Positions 1-8,133 of a stretch of DNA of 33,063 nt are shown in pieces. The notes under the pieces were generated by a model, which saw only the letters and a program-made list of their open reading frames with translations, did no database searches and was not told where the DNA came from. The stretch comes from Mucilaginibacter sp. GTDB taxonomy: Bacteria; Bacteroidota; Bacteroidia; Sphingobacteriales; Sphingobacteriaceae. The stretch covers positions 1 to 33,063 of the forward strand of contig JACMRC010000273.1 in assembly GCA_014376655.1 (NCBI GenBank), given 5' to 3'. Made by a program: the position numbers and the translations under genes. The first letter of the stretch is position 1; every line of letters starts with the position of its first letter.

Positions 1-277
1 GAAAGTTGCTATATTAATTGAACACAATATTAATGCAAGAAATCGTGGTTTTTTCATTTTAATTGAAATGGATTGCGTGGTGATTATTGGTATTGATTGT
101 GTAAAATAAGGGGGGAAATACGGTACGTCCCATTATCTAAATAAAAAAGTGCATTTTCTGTGCAATGGTGGCACATTTTAAAAAGCGGTGAAAAACCACT
201 CGTTCCATTAGGTTACATTTAGCTTCTGATATAAGTGGCCTTACTTCCATTTATGTTTAATAGTGGTTTAATTGCTG

Positions 278-1144
278 TTAAATGCCTAAGCGGCGTTTAA
301 TTTCTTCGAGGTCACTCTCAAAACTGTTCATTCTATTGTGTAATTCGTTTGGACTTCTGAAGTTATGGTTGATGTGCAATATCGGATACCAAATCTCTTC
401 TATATCTTGTGGGTAAACTTCTATATTTCTATAAAGGGTTTTATTGTTAGCATCAGACTTTGCAATGATGTATCCATGCTTAGAAATGCAGTTTAAGAGC
501 CTTTTAATTATGATTCCGTCCTTTTTTGATACAATAACGTGTACACGGTCATTCCTTATGTGATCTGTGTTTTCTACCCATTGGCAAATAACAATTTCTT
601 TATGCTCTAAAGTAGGATCCATACTATCTCCGCTAACCTCGAAAGCCCTAAAAGTGCCATTATTTAAGCCCGGTAAACTGTACGTTGGTAGCGTTTGTAT
701 GTACTCAACATCTCCATAACCATTTAAATAGCCTGCTTGTGCTTTAACGTTAACTAATACGACATTTTCATTGCCTGAATGGTCAACGGTTACTACTTGT
801 GGAAGTGTATGTTTTTGGGTTGGGTGTAGGGTTGGGTGTAGTTTAGGGTGTAGTTTTTCGTAATTAAGGCTTGGGGCTACCTGCTCATTCACCTCAGATA
901 TTACATTATTATTTAAAGGGTAGTTAGGGGTATTACCAAATTTAAGTTCTATTTCATCAATATATATGGAATTTATATCAATACCATTGGTATACAAAAA
1001 ATGTATATACTCTTTCGGGATAAATTTCTTCTTCCCAGCTTCAAGCAATGAAATATCCTTTTGCACCAGCCCTGAAAGGCGGGATGCTTCAGATTGAGAT
1101 ATATTTAAAGCCTCTCTAGCTGCTTTAAGCTTATTTTCTATCAT
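278..1144 (-). CDS. CI-like prophage repressor (XRE HTH + S24 peptidase-like domain)
   Basis: N-terminal HTH (LKAAREALNISQSEASRLSGLVQKDISLLEAG), AQAG cleavage-type motif, FEVSGDSMDP catalytic Ser motif and IIIKRL Lys motif; divergent from the early operon. Confidence 0.92.
   Translation of the reverse strand: MIENKLKAAREALNISQSEASRLSGLVQKDISLLEAGKKKFIPKEYIHFLYTNGIDINSIYIDEIELKFGNTPNYPLNNNVISEVNEQVAPSLNYEKLHPKLHPTLHPTQKHTLPQVVTVDHSGNENVVLVNVKAQAGYLNGYGDVEYIQTLPTYSLPGLNNGTFRAFEVSGDSMDPTLEHKEIVICQWVENTDHIRNDRVHVIVSKKDGIIIKRLLNCISKHGYIIAKSDANNKTLYRNIEVYPQDIEEIWYPILHINHNFRSPNELHNRMNSFESDLEEIKRRLGI
822..853. repeat. 3 x GGGTGTAG at 12-bp period inside the repressor linker (encodes LHPKLHPTLHPT)
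   Basis: GGGTGTAG read directly at 822, 834 and 846. Confidence 0.85.
991..1022. promoter_or_regulatory. Two overlapping operator-like sites inside the repressor gene
   Basis: TATAC-aaaaaat-GTATA (991-1007) and TATAC-tctttcg-GGATA (1006-1022) match the intergenic TATAC-N7-GTATA palindrome. Confidence 0.55.
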
Positions 1145-1145
1145 T

Positions 1146-1192
1146 TATACTTTTTTTGTATATATTATTTGCAACTATACTTTTTTTGTATA
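1146..1192. promoter_or_regulatory. Two identical operator palindromes TATAC-T7-GTATA (1146-1162, 1176-1192)
   Basis: Exact 17-bp direct repeat at 30-bp spacing between the divergent repressor and Ner-like genes; the second copy overlaps the early promoter. Confidence 0.85.
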
Positions 1193-1198
1193 TGTTTG
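1168..1198 (+). promoter_or_regulatory. Bacteroidota-type housekeeping promoter for the early operon
   Basis: TTTG (1168-1171), 19-bp spacer, TATGTTTG (1191-1198); fits the -33/-7 TTTG...TAnnTTTG consensus. Confidence 0.8.
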
Positions 1199-1217
1199 TG
1201 AACGCAAAAGTATATAG

Positions 1218-1448
1218 ATGCAAGGTAAAGAAAAAACAACAAAACCAATTGTCCTAAAAAAATCAGGTTTCACTTCGAAGACGGTAGCTGAGGTTGCTGG
1301 CTATAGCGAAAGTATGGTTAAGCAAGTAAGGTGTGGCGCAAAGGATGGTAAAAGCGAAGCGGTACAAAAAATAAAACTTGCCGACCACCTTTTGTACGAA
1401 GGTTCTACGGTATTGTTAGAAACAGTTAAAAAATTATTACCACTATAA
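1218..1448 (+). CDS. Ner/Cro-like small DNA-binding regulator
   Basis: 76 aa with an HTH-like segment (TSKTVAEVAGYSESMVKQVRCG); first gene divergent from the repressor. Confidence 0.7.
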   Translation: MQGKEKTTKPIVLKKSGFTSKTVAEVAGYSESMVKQVRCGAKDGKSEAVQKIKLADHLLYEGSTVLLETVKKLLPL

Positions 1449-1691
1449 ATGAGCAAAACCTACAGATGGCCAAATGGCGAATTTATGCCACAGCCCTATT
1501 TCAGAAACCAGCCCGCCACGGGTATAATGGTGGTGCTATATAAGATAGCCTACCTATTTAAGCTATACAAGAAAGTAAACGTTAGCCGCCAAATGCAAGG
1601 CGATAAGGTTATTAGAACCCTACCGCATTTAGACTTGGTTAAGCTACCGGAATGGCAAAAAGGCAATCAAAACCGAAGATTTAGAAACTAA
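1449..1691 (+). CDS. Hypothetical early protein
   Basis: ATG directly follows the previous stop; 80 aa; no recognised motif. Confidence 0.55.
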   Translation: MSKTYRWPNGEFMPQPYFRNQPATGIMVVLYKIAYLFKLYKKVNVSRQMQGDKVIRTLPHLDLVKLPEWQKGNQNRRFRN

Positions 1692-1705
1692 AAAGTAAAA
1701 TAAAT

Positions 1706-2032
1706 ATGAAAAAAGTTAATCATCATCAGAATTTGGTATCTCTTGAAAAGAGGTGCATACGCTTGTTTGGCCATCCTTATGCACTTCAAGATACGGATAG
1801 TTCAATGGACGTATATAATCTTTCGGGAAGGGATATTGGGGTAAAGTCTTTTGAAGTTGGTAAAACACCTGAGCACCCTGTAACATACCTGCACGTGAAC
1901 GGTAAAAAATATCTGAAATTATCTTTCGAAAAGCCTTTGCGTCTATCTGTGTGTCCGAAGTTGAGCGAAAATAAATCAAATCGGATTGACCGTAAAGCTC
2001 TAAATGACTTACGTAAAAAGCTGGGCTGTTAG
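1706..2032 (+). CDS. Hypothetical protein (overlapped by antisense ORF 1716-2165)
   Basis: In operon orientation with an A-rich leader (taaaaagtaaaataaatATG); 108 aa. Confidence 0.4.
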   Translation: MKKVNHHQNLVSLEKRCIRLFGHPYALQDTDSSMDVYNLSGRDIGVKSFEVGKTPEHPVTYLHVNGKKYLKLSFEKPLRLSVCPKLSENKSNRIDRKALNDLRKKLGC

Positions 2033-2165
2033 GTTCGATTGCGTAATCGAGATTGTGAAGCCAAGCCAACGTTTTTAGAAGGGAGAATATTGGAGGCTGA
2101 AAGTTATTAATGTTTGTGTTTTTAAAGTACATCACAACAACATTGACCCTAAATTTTTTATTCAT
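1716..2165 (-). CDS. Hypothetical protein, antisense to the early operon
   Basis: 149-aa ORF with ATG start and protein-like composition; promoter-like TACTTTTA on the - strand near 2190-2197. Confidence 0.5.
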   Translation of the reverse strand: MNKKFRVNVVVMYFKNTNINNFQPPIFSLLKTLAWLHNLDYAIEPNSPAFYVSHLELYGQSDLIYFRSTSDTQIDAKAFRKIISDIFYRSRAGMLQGAQVFYQLQKTLPQYPFPKDYIRPLNYPYLEVHKDGQTSVCTSFQEIPNSDDD

Positions 2166-2204
2166 ACTGCTACAATTTAAGTGAGATTATAAAAGTAGCA
2201 AATA

Positions 2205-2247
2205 TTCCCGAAAGCGTAACCCTGCCATCGCCGCAGGGCGGGAACCA
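2205..2247 (+). other. tRNA-minihelix-like stem-loop ending in CCA, upstream of the transposase
   Basis: TTCCCG/CGGGAA outer stem, 9-nt 5' bulge, CCCTGC/GCAGGG inner stem, 7-nt loop, then CCA. Confidence 0.4.
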
Positions 2248-2329
2248 AAAGATTCTGACAAAACCAAAAAAATAATGCACAATGTACATAACCGAGGTGT
2301 AAGCCGGGATGTAAATTATCAGTAAACAA

Positions 2330-4357
2330 ATGAGATATAACTCCGCCAACGTACTGTGTTTAGAATATGAGGAATTAGTTCCGAATATTATGAAAAGAGA
2401 TAATTTCTTCTACTTAAAAAAAGAAGAAAAAATTAAAGTACACGGTACAGGCGGTAATGGTAGATATATTCTTATTGAGTTTGATTCATTACCTAAAAAA
2501 TATCAAGACGAAGTAAGGAAACTATTTGGCGACCCCAAAAAGTACGTTGTAACCCAGCCAATAAAGGCATTGGTGCAAACCGACCTTAGAGCAGAGCAGT
2601 TTTATAGGGATTACACTCTACCAAACGGTATGAAGTTGCCCGATCAGGATTTCGACATAAAAGGCAAGACACAAATAAATTATGTTGCAGCGCATACCAA
2701 AGCGGCTAGCTATTTAAACACGATTATATACCTCATTGAAGATAAAAGAGCCTTAAAAGAGCAGTTAAACGTAAGCATTACCACCTTTTGGGAGCGCATT
2801 TTTGACCTTTTAAAAGCTGAAAAGGTAAGGTTACCCCTATCAGAAAAACGCCTAAAAATCACAATAAAAGAGTATAAAGGGCAAAATTACGGTTGTTTGG
2901 TAGAGGCTTTCAGGTTTGGAAACCCCAATGCCAAAAAAGTGGATGACGATGTGGCGGAATCATTACTTATTGAAATGATTGGCCACGACCACCAGCACGA
3001 TTATAGCAGAATTGCGATTGCCTATAATACATGGGCCAAGGATGCAGGTAAAAAAACCATTTCTGAAAGGGCTGTAGCCTATTGGGCTAAGAAAAACGCT
3101 TACCTCATTACCCAAAACAGGGAAGGCAAAAGCATCAATTACAATAAATTTAATAAACAAATCCGAAGAGACAGACCGAGCGCACCGCTATTGCTGATTA
3201 ACTCGGATGATAACGTACTAGATTTATACTTCATTGAAGAAAAGGTAAACAAAAAGAACTATGTAGTTAAAAACCATTATTACCGCCCTGTTTTGTACGT
3301 GGTTGTAGATGCTTTCAATGATTACATATTAGGTTACGCAGTTGGCGAAACGGTAACTATTGAACTGATAAAAGAGGCTTATAGAAATGCCGAAAGTCAC
3401 GTTAAACAACTATTAAACGGCTATTATTTACCGCATCAGATACAAACCGACCGTTGGGGATTGGGCAAAGATAATGAACTTGAAAAGTTCTATAAGTCAA
3501 TGGGCGAATTTACACCAGCCACGGCAAGGGTTGCACAGGGTAAGTACATAGAGCGCACGTTCGGTACAACTTGGCATCAAGAATTAAAAAGATACATCAA
3601 CTACGCTGGGCAAAACGTAACGGCAAAGGAAAAACTAAACCCTGATGCTATTGACCGCAACAAATCAAATTTCCCTGTAAAGTCAGAGTCTGTTAATCAG
3701 GTTGCAGAATTTATAGAAAGGTTAAGAAGCACCAAACGCAAAGATTGCGAATTAACACGCCGTGAAGAATGGATGACTGCATTTGCATCATCAGAAATAA
3801 GCAAGAAACGCCAAATTTCTACAGAGCAACACTTGCAAATTTTCGGCAAGCTGCACAATCCTAAAAACGGCAGAAAAAACAGACTGCTACCACAGGGCTT
3901 GGAAATTATGAACGGGAAGTTCCTTTACGATATCCCTGCCAGCTATTTCCCTTATCACGTGAATAAAGAAGTACAGGTTATTTATGACCCTTATGATATG
4001 AATCAGGTTTTGGTAACTGATGGTAAAGGTTTACGCTTTGTGGCCAACAGCTATGTTAAAAGTCCATCGGCTTTGGCAGATCATACCGAACATACCCAAG
4101 CAATTTATTGGAACAGGATGCACGAAAAGAAAACTATGGCAGCGGTACCGGGCGAAGCCCAAAGCCAACGCCGTGAATTGCTAGAAAGAGCCAAAATAGA
4201 TGCCGAAAGCCTTTTGCAAGGTGGCGTATTGGTAAAACAGATTAGGCACGATGCCGAAAAGGCAGTTAAAGGCGCATTTGATGACTTTGAAGATATGGTA
4301 CAGCACAAACGAACTGAGCTTGTACCTAATAAAGATAGCTTTTTAGATAGATGGTAA
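2330..4357 (+). CDS. MuA-like DDE transposase
   Basis: 675 aa; integrase-core motifs (NSDDNVLDLY, VVVDAFNDYILGYA, QIQTDR, GKYIERTFG); Mu-transposase C-terminal-like VIYDPYDMNQVLV; followed by an AAA ATPase. Confidence 0.92.
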   Translation: MRYNSANVLCLEYEELVPNIMKRDNFFYLKKEEKIKVHGTGGNGRYILIEFDSLPKKYQDEVRKLFGDPKKYVVTQPIKALVQTDLRAEQFYRDYTLPNGMKLPDQDFDIKGKTQINYVAAHTKAASYLNTIIYLIEDKRALKEQLNVSITTFWERIFDLLKAEKVRLPLSEKRLKITIKEYKGQNYGCLVEAFRFGNPNAKKVDDDVAESLLIEMIGHDHQHDYSRIAIAYNTWAKDAGKKTISERAVAYWAKKNAYLITQNREGKSINYNKFNKQIRRDRPSAPLLLINSDDNVLDLYFIEEKVNKKNYVVKNHYYRPVLYVVVDAFNDYILGYAVGETVTIELIKEAYRNAESHVKQLLNGYYLPHQIQTDRWGLGKDNELEKFYKSMGEFTPATARVAQGKYIERTFGTTWHQELKRYINYAGQNVTAKEKLNPDAIDRNKSNFPVKSESVNQVAEFIERLRSTKRKDCELTRREEWMTAFASSEISKKRQISTEQHLQIFGKLHNPKNGRKNRLLPQGLEIMNGKFLYDIPASYFPYHVNKEVQVIYDPYDMNQVLVTDGKGLRFVANSYVKSPSALADHTEHTQAIYWNRMHEKKTMAAVPGEAQSQRRELLERAKIDAESLLQGGVLVKQIRHDAEKAVKGAFDDFEDMVQHKRTELVPNKDSFLDRW

Positions 4358-4405
4358 AACAAAACCGCCCAGCTAACGACAACTGGACGGTTCAAACTTT
4401 AAAAA

Positions 4406-5263
4406 ATGGATAACAACACAAAACAACACATCTCAGACGAATTACGCAACTATGTCTTGCGATTTGATTCGCAAAACAAGGCAGCTGCCACACTAAGGAA
4501 CATTAGCGTTGCCAATGTAAGCCACATGAACAACAACAAATGGGATAAAATATCCGATGAGTTGTGGCTTAACGTGGCCAAGCAAATAGGGCTACATAAT
4601 GAAGAGTACATTTTAAACCGTGAGAACAAAAACTTCAAAAATCTACAAATGCTTTTTGCAGATTCTGCAACTTACAGCAACTGTTACGGTGCTTATGGTA
4701 AGGCTAGCATAGGCAAAACCACCTCCGCACTCGCTTCCAAGGAAAACAACAAAAACATATTTGTGGTACGCTGTGATGAGTTTTGGAATCGCCGAACCTA
4801 CCTAACCGAGATTTTGCATTCGATGGGAATTGATGGTGGCGGTTACAGCGTGCCGGAAATGATGGCCACGGTAGTAAAAACCATTTTAAAACTCAAAAAC
4901 CCTGCTTTTATACTAGATGAGTTTGACAAGCTGAGCGATAACAACTGGTGCAGTACCATTAGCATCCTTAACCGCTTAGAGAATGTTTGCGGACTTACAA
5001 TTTTAGGTACCGAGCATTTATTGAGAAGGTTTGAGCGTGGATTGCGATTAAATAAAAGAGGCTACGCAGAACTTTACAGCCGTGTAGGTGCAAAACTTAT
5101 TCCCTTGGATGATAATAACGAAAAGGACTTAAAAGAAACCATCCGGTTAAATGGTATTACCGATGAGTACCAAATAAACGACATCTATAATACTTGCGAA
5201 AGCGACCAACGCCGAGTGCGCAAGTTGATACACGTTACCAAAAGAAAAACAGGAGGTAAATAA
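4406..5263 (+). CDS. MuB-like AAA+ ATPase (transposition target capture)
   Basis: N-terminal HTH-like region, Walker A GKASIGKT, Walker B ILDEFD, arginine-finger-like ELYSRVG; adjacent to the transposase. Confidence 0.9.
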   Translation: MDNNTKQHISDELRNYVLRFDSQNKAAATLRNISVANVSHMNNNKWDKISDELWLNVAKQIGLHNEEYILNRENKNFKNLQMLFADSATYSNCYGAYGKASIGKTTSALASKENNKNIFVVRCDEFWNRRTYLTEILHSMGIDGGGYSVPEMMATVVKTILKLKNPAFILDEFDKLSDNNWCSTISILNRLENVCGLTILGTEHLLRRFERGLRLNKRGYAELYSRVGAKLIPLDDNNEKDLKETIRLNGITDEYQINDIYNTCESDQRRVRKLIHVTKRKTGGK

Positions 5264-5264
5264 T

Positions 5265-5684
5265 ATGCAAAATACAGTAAAAACCCAAAAAGTGCCCTAC
5301 GTAAAGCAAATGGCCATACAGATGGAAGCCTACAAAATGCTGATATGTAGCCGTATCGGTTGGAATGAAGCAACATACGAAGATTACAGGTTTAATGCAG
5401 CTTTAGATTTTATTGAAGATATGATCATAGGCTTGCACCCGGAAGATAGAAAGCTGATTACCTATAGCGCATTCTTTTGGGGCTGGTTTAAAAACAAATG
5501 GTTTGAGCGTGATATACAGATTTACAACGAACTAAGCCTAACGGCAGATGATTACTGCGGAATACAAGACTATCATTTAAGGACTTGCAAAACTATGCAA
5601 CAATCTTTTCACGCCCATTTTAACACCATTATAGATGATGGTGCTGATAGAATTAAGGAAGAAATGGAGGGTGCAAATGGATAA
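5265..5684 (+). CDS. Hypothetical phage protein
   Basis: 139 aa, starts 1 nt after the ATPase stop; aromatic motif FFWGWFKNKW. Confidence 0.75.
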   Translation: MQNTVKTQKVPYVKQMAIQMEAYKMLICSRIGWNEATYEDYRFNAALDFIEDMIIGLHPEDRKLITYSAFFWGWFKNKWFERDIQIYNELSLTADDYCGIQDYHLRTCKTMQQSFHAHFNTIIDDGADRIKEEMEGANG

Positions 5685-6003
5685 GGATACTGCAACACTT
5701 AGAATGGTGGTAGAGGCAGTAAGTGCGGTCACCAATGTAAACAAGTACGATATTATAGGTAAAAGCAGAACGGCAAACGTGGTAAACGCTCGCAGAATTG
5801 CCATTTGCTTACTCTACAATAATGGTTTAAAGGCAATGGATATAGCCCACACATTCTTTACTGAACGTAGCAACGTCTACAGCTGCATAGCACGCCAAAA
5901 AGAACTCAATCAAACTTACCCAGCCGAAAGAAAAACCTTTCAGGCTTGCGAAAATCAAATATTAGATGCTATTAACAAGGAAAGGAGTAAACAAAATGTA
6001 TAG
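5677..6003 (+). CDS. DnaA domain IV (C-terminal HTH)-like protein, copy 1
   Basis: Likely start at ATG 5677; DIIGKSRTANVVNARRIAICLL...MDIAHTF...ERSNVYS resembles the DnaA DNA-binding domain. Confidence 0.7.
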   Translation: MDKDTATLRMVVEAVSAVTNVNKYDIIGKSRTANVVNARRIAICLLYNNGLKAMDIAHTFFTERSNVYSCIARQKELNQTYPAERKTFQACENQILDAINKERSKQNV

Positions 6004-6358
6004 TCAGATTTTAGCACATCAACTCAATACTTTAATGTATGCCATTAAAGGGAAGCCAGTTGTAGTGCAGTTTTCGGCAGATATAATCTTGAATAATGTG
6101 TGTTTGGGCTTGGGCGTAAGCAGAGTGCAAATGGCATCTAAAACCCAAATCAGAACCATTGCCGATGCACGGTGCATAGCATCATATTTAATGCGCAAAT
6201 ACACACAATTAACCCTTAAGGAAATTACCAAGGCTGTTGGTTTACGCAATCACGCTACCATTATTTATCAAATCGGCAAGTATGATACGCTTATGGGAAA
6301 CCAAGATTTTACCAAAAAAAGAACGGCGGTATTAGAAAGGATGGGCTTATGCGGATAA
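5996..6358 (+). CDS. DnaA domain IV (C-terminal HTH)-like protein, copy 2
   Basis: Likely start at ATG 5996; IADARCIASYLMRKYTQLTLKEITKAVGLRNHATIIY matches the DnaA AR.IAMYL...SL..IG..FG.RDHTTV pattern. Confidence 0.8.
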   Translation: MYSQILAHQLNTLMYAIKGKPVVVQFSADIILNNVCLGLGVSRVQMASKTQIRTIADARCIASYLMRKYTQLTLKEITKAVGLRNHATIIYQIGKYDTLMGNQDFTKKRTAVLERMGLCG

Positions 6359-6663
6359 AAAACACGCAAGCGCAAATGGAAGGCATCCTGTTATTGCTGA
6401 AGTTGCTACTTAAGCTAAACAAGCCTAAGGATCTTGCTGAAAAACTAGTTCGAAACATTGTTTTTAAGGTTTATCAAAGGTTGAGGGCGCAAAGCGAAGT
6501 TGTAACGCTGAAACCAAAAGGCTATAGCCTAAGCCTTAATGAAAACGAAGCACTTGCACTGTATGTGTACCTGCAAAATGTGGGCATTGCAAATGATCTC
6601 TATAAATATGAAGCTCTGCAATTAACTAGGGTATTTAATGAGATTGACAAACAATACGCTTAA
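6349..6663 (+). CDS. Hypothetical phage protein
   Basis: 104 aa, overlaps the previous stop. Confidence 0.7.
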   Translation: MRIKNTQAQMEGILLLLKLLLKLNKPKDLAEKLVRNIVFKVYQRLRAQSEVVTLKPKGYSLSLNENEALALYVYLQNVGIANDLYKYEALQLTRVFNEIDKQYA

Positions 6664-6747
6664 ATGGAAACCGAAATAATACTGCCAATCCTACTTTTTG
6701 GACTGCTTATCTTAAAAATGTACAGCAACAATAAACCCTATCAATAA
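6664..6747 (+). CDS. Small hydrophobic peptide (27 aa)
   Basis: METEIILPILLFGLLILKMYSNNKPYQ; ATG directly after the upstream TAA; not in the ORF track. Confidence 0.4.
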   Translation: METEIILPILLFGLLILKMYSNNKPYQ

Positions 6748-6765
6748 CCCTTTAAACAAAAAAAA

Positions 6766-6939
6766 ATGAAAAAATCAATGACCCTTTTAATCGCAACGAT
6801 TCTTATTTATGCGGCTTTAATTTACCTGATGTCCTTAAGAGACAGCTATTTAATTTACTACACCGTAGCATCCTTTTTAGTTTTTGCGGGCGGTTCTTAC
6901 CTAACAATTTCTTGTATGAGAAAAGAAGGACTGTTGTAA
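6766..6939 (+). CDS. Small two-TM membrane protein (57 aa)
   Basis: MKKSMTLLIATILIYAALIYLMSLRDSYLIYYTVASFLVFAGGSYLTISCMRKEGLL; poly-A leader; not in the ORF track. Confidence 0.6.
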   Translation: MKKSMTLLIATILIYAALIYLMSLRDSYLIYYTVASFLVFAGGSYLTISCMRKEGLL

Positions 6940-6944
6940 ATTAT

Positions 6945-7043
6945 ATGGATACCGCATTAGCCATACTGCTAGTAACAGTAATCATCATCGCAAATATCAT
7001 TGAATATACAAATTATAGAAACCAAAAAAACAATGAAAATTAA
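6945..7043 (+). CDS. Small hydrophobic peptide (32 aa)
   Basis: MDTALAILLVTVIIIANIIEYTNYRNQKNNEN; its stop overlaps the start region of the next gene. Confidence 0.4.
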   Translation: MDTALAILLVTVIIIANIIEYTNYRNQKNNEN

Positions 7044-7677
7044 TCAACAGAAATCCACAAGCCTAAATTGGATCGATGAGGCTGGTAGCAGTATACCATA
7101 CAATCGCACTACCAATTACGAGCGCAATGCCGAACGCACAACCGCTAAATTAGCCAAGAGTGCATTGGCATTGAATGCGAATTTAACACTATTTAAAAGC
7201 CTTTTTATAACCGAAGCTTGCAAGCTTTACGAAGCCTTTTGCAAAGAAAATAACGGCAAAATTGGGCAGGGCAAAGGAAATGCCACCTTTTACAATTTCG
7301 ACCGCTCTATTAAAATTGAAGTGGCCATACAAGAAGCAATCGTATTTGATGAAAACACTATTGAGTTGGCCAAAGCAAAACTTGATGATGTTTTAAATGA
7401 TGGGTTAGAGGGCGCAAAAGATTTTATTAAGCCCTTAGTTATGGATGCTTTTAAAAACACAGGTGGCCATTTAGATACCAAACGAGTATTAGGCTTACGC
7501 CGATACTCCGACCGTGTGCAAGACTCAAGATACAAAGAAGCTATGGAACTTATAGATAAAGCCATACGCAAACCAAAAAGTAAAGAATATTACCGTGTGT
7601 GGCTTAAAGATGCGCAAGGCCAATACCAAGATGTGCAATTAAATTTTACTTCCATACAATTACCCGAGGGTGTGTGA
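7033..7677 (+). CDS. DUF3164-like protein (conserved in Mu-like phages)
   Basis: Likely ATG at 7033; motifs KGNATFYNFDRSIKIEV, AKAKLDD, LDTKRVLGL, EAMELI...SKEYYRVW...QYQDVQLNF. Confidence 0.8.
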   Translation: MKINQQKSTSLNWIDEAGSSIPYNRTTNYERNAERTTAKLAKSALALNANLTLFKSLFITEACKLYEAFCKENNGKIGQGKGNATFYNFDRSIKIEVAIQEAIVFDENTIELAKAKLDDVLNDGLEGAKDFIKPLVMDAFKNTGGHLDTKRVLGLRRYSDRVQDSRYKEAMELIDKAIRKPKSKEYYRVWLKDAQGQYQDVQLNFTSIQLPEGV

Positions 7678-7716
7678 TTTAGCTCACTGCACCGAGATTA
7701 AAGCCTAAATCAAAAC

Positions 7717-7763
7717 AACCCCGATGTGCGCACGTGGATGGTTCGTAACCGTCTCGGGGTTCA
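7717..7763 (+). ncRNA. tRNA-like minihelix (acceptor stem + T-arm, no D or anticodon arm)
   Basis: AACCCCGA/TCGGGGTT stem, 12-nt linker, GATGG/CCGTC 5-bp stem with TTCGTAA 7-nt T-loop-like loop. Confidence 0.5.
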
Positions 7764-7781
7764 AAATAGACTAAACTTAAA

Positions 7782-8129
7782 ATGAGAGAAAAAGCAAAAA
7801 CAATCAATGAGGTAGCATCATTTTCTACCGATAAAAAAGTGGTTTACATAGCTGGTAAAGTAACCGGATTACAATACCAGTTTACCTATGACAAGTTTAT
7901 GCAAAGGCAAATGTTGCTAGAAGCGGCAGGCTATCACGTTATTAATCCTATGGAACTGGTACACCAAGATGCGGAATGGAAACAAGCTATGCGCATTTGC
8001 ATCAGCTTTTTGCCACACGCAGACTATATTGATTTGTTGCCTTGCTGGCAAGATAGCGAAGGTGCAAAATGGGAAGCCGCCATTGCTCATCGTTTGGATA
8101 TTCCTGTACTAAAAGTGACCGTAAGTTAG
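7782..8129 (+). CDS. DUF4406-like protein (nucleoside deoxyribosyltransferase-like fold)
   Basis: VYIAGKVTG...GYHVINP...W...MRICI..L...DYIDLLPCWQDSEGAKWE motif. Confidence 0.8.
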   Translation: MREKAKTINEVASFSTDKKVVYIAGKVTGLQYQFTYDKFMQRQMLLEAAGYHVINPMELVHQDAEWKQAMRICISFLPHADYIDLLPCWQDSEGAKWEAAIAHRLDIPVLKVTVS

Positions 8130-8133
8130 AGTT

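Noticed and set aside
1-277. Possible prophage left end (attL with transposase-binding repeats)
   Set aside because: No convincing terminal TG with repeated binding sites could be picked out, and the right end is outside the window for comparison.
4362-4392. Hairpin containing GCTAAC between transposase and ATPase as another attC-like site
   Set aside because: The TAAC is in the loop and has no paired GTTA; more likely an ordinary mRNA stem-loop.
7717-7763. Complete tRNA gene
   Set aside because: Only about 45 nt with no D or anticodon arm; kept as a tRNA-like element.
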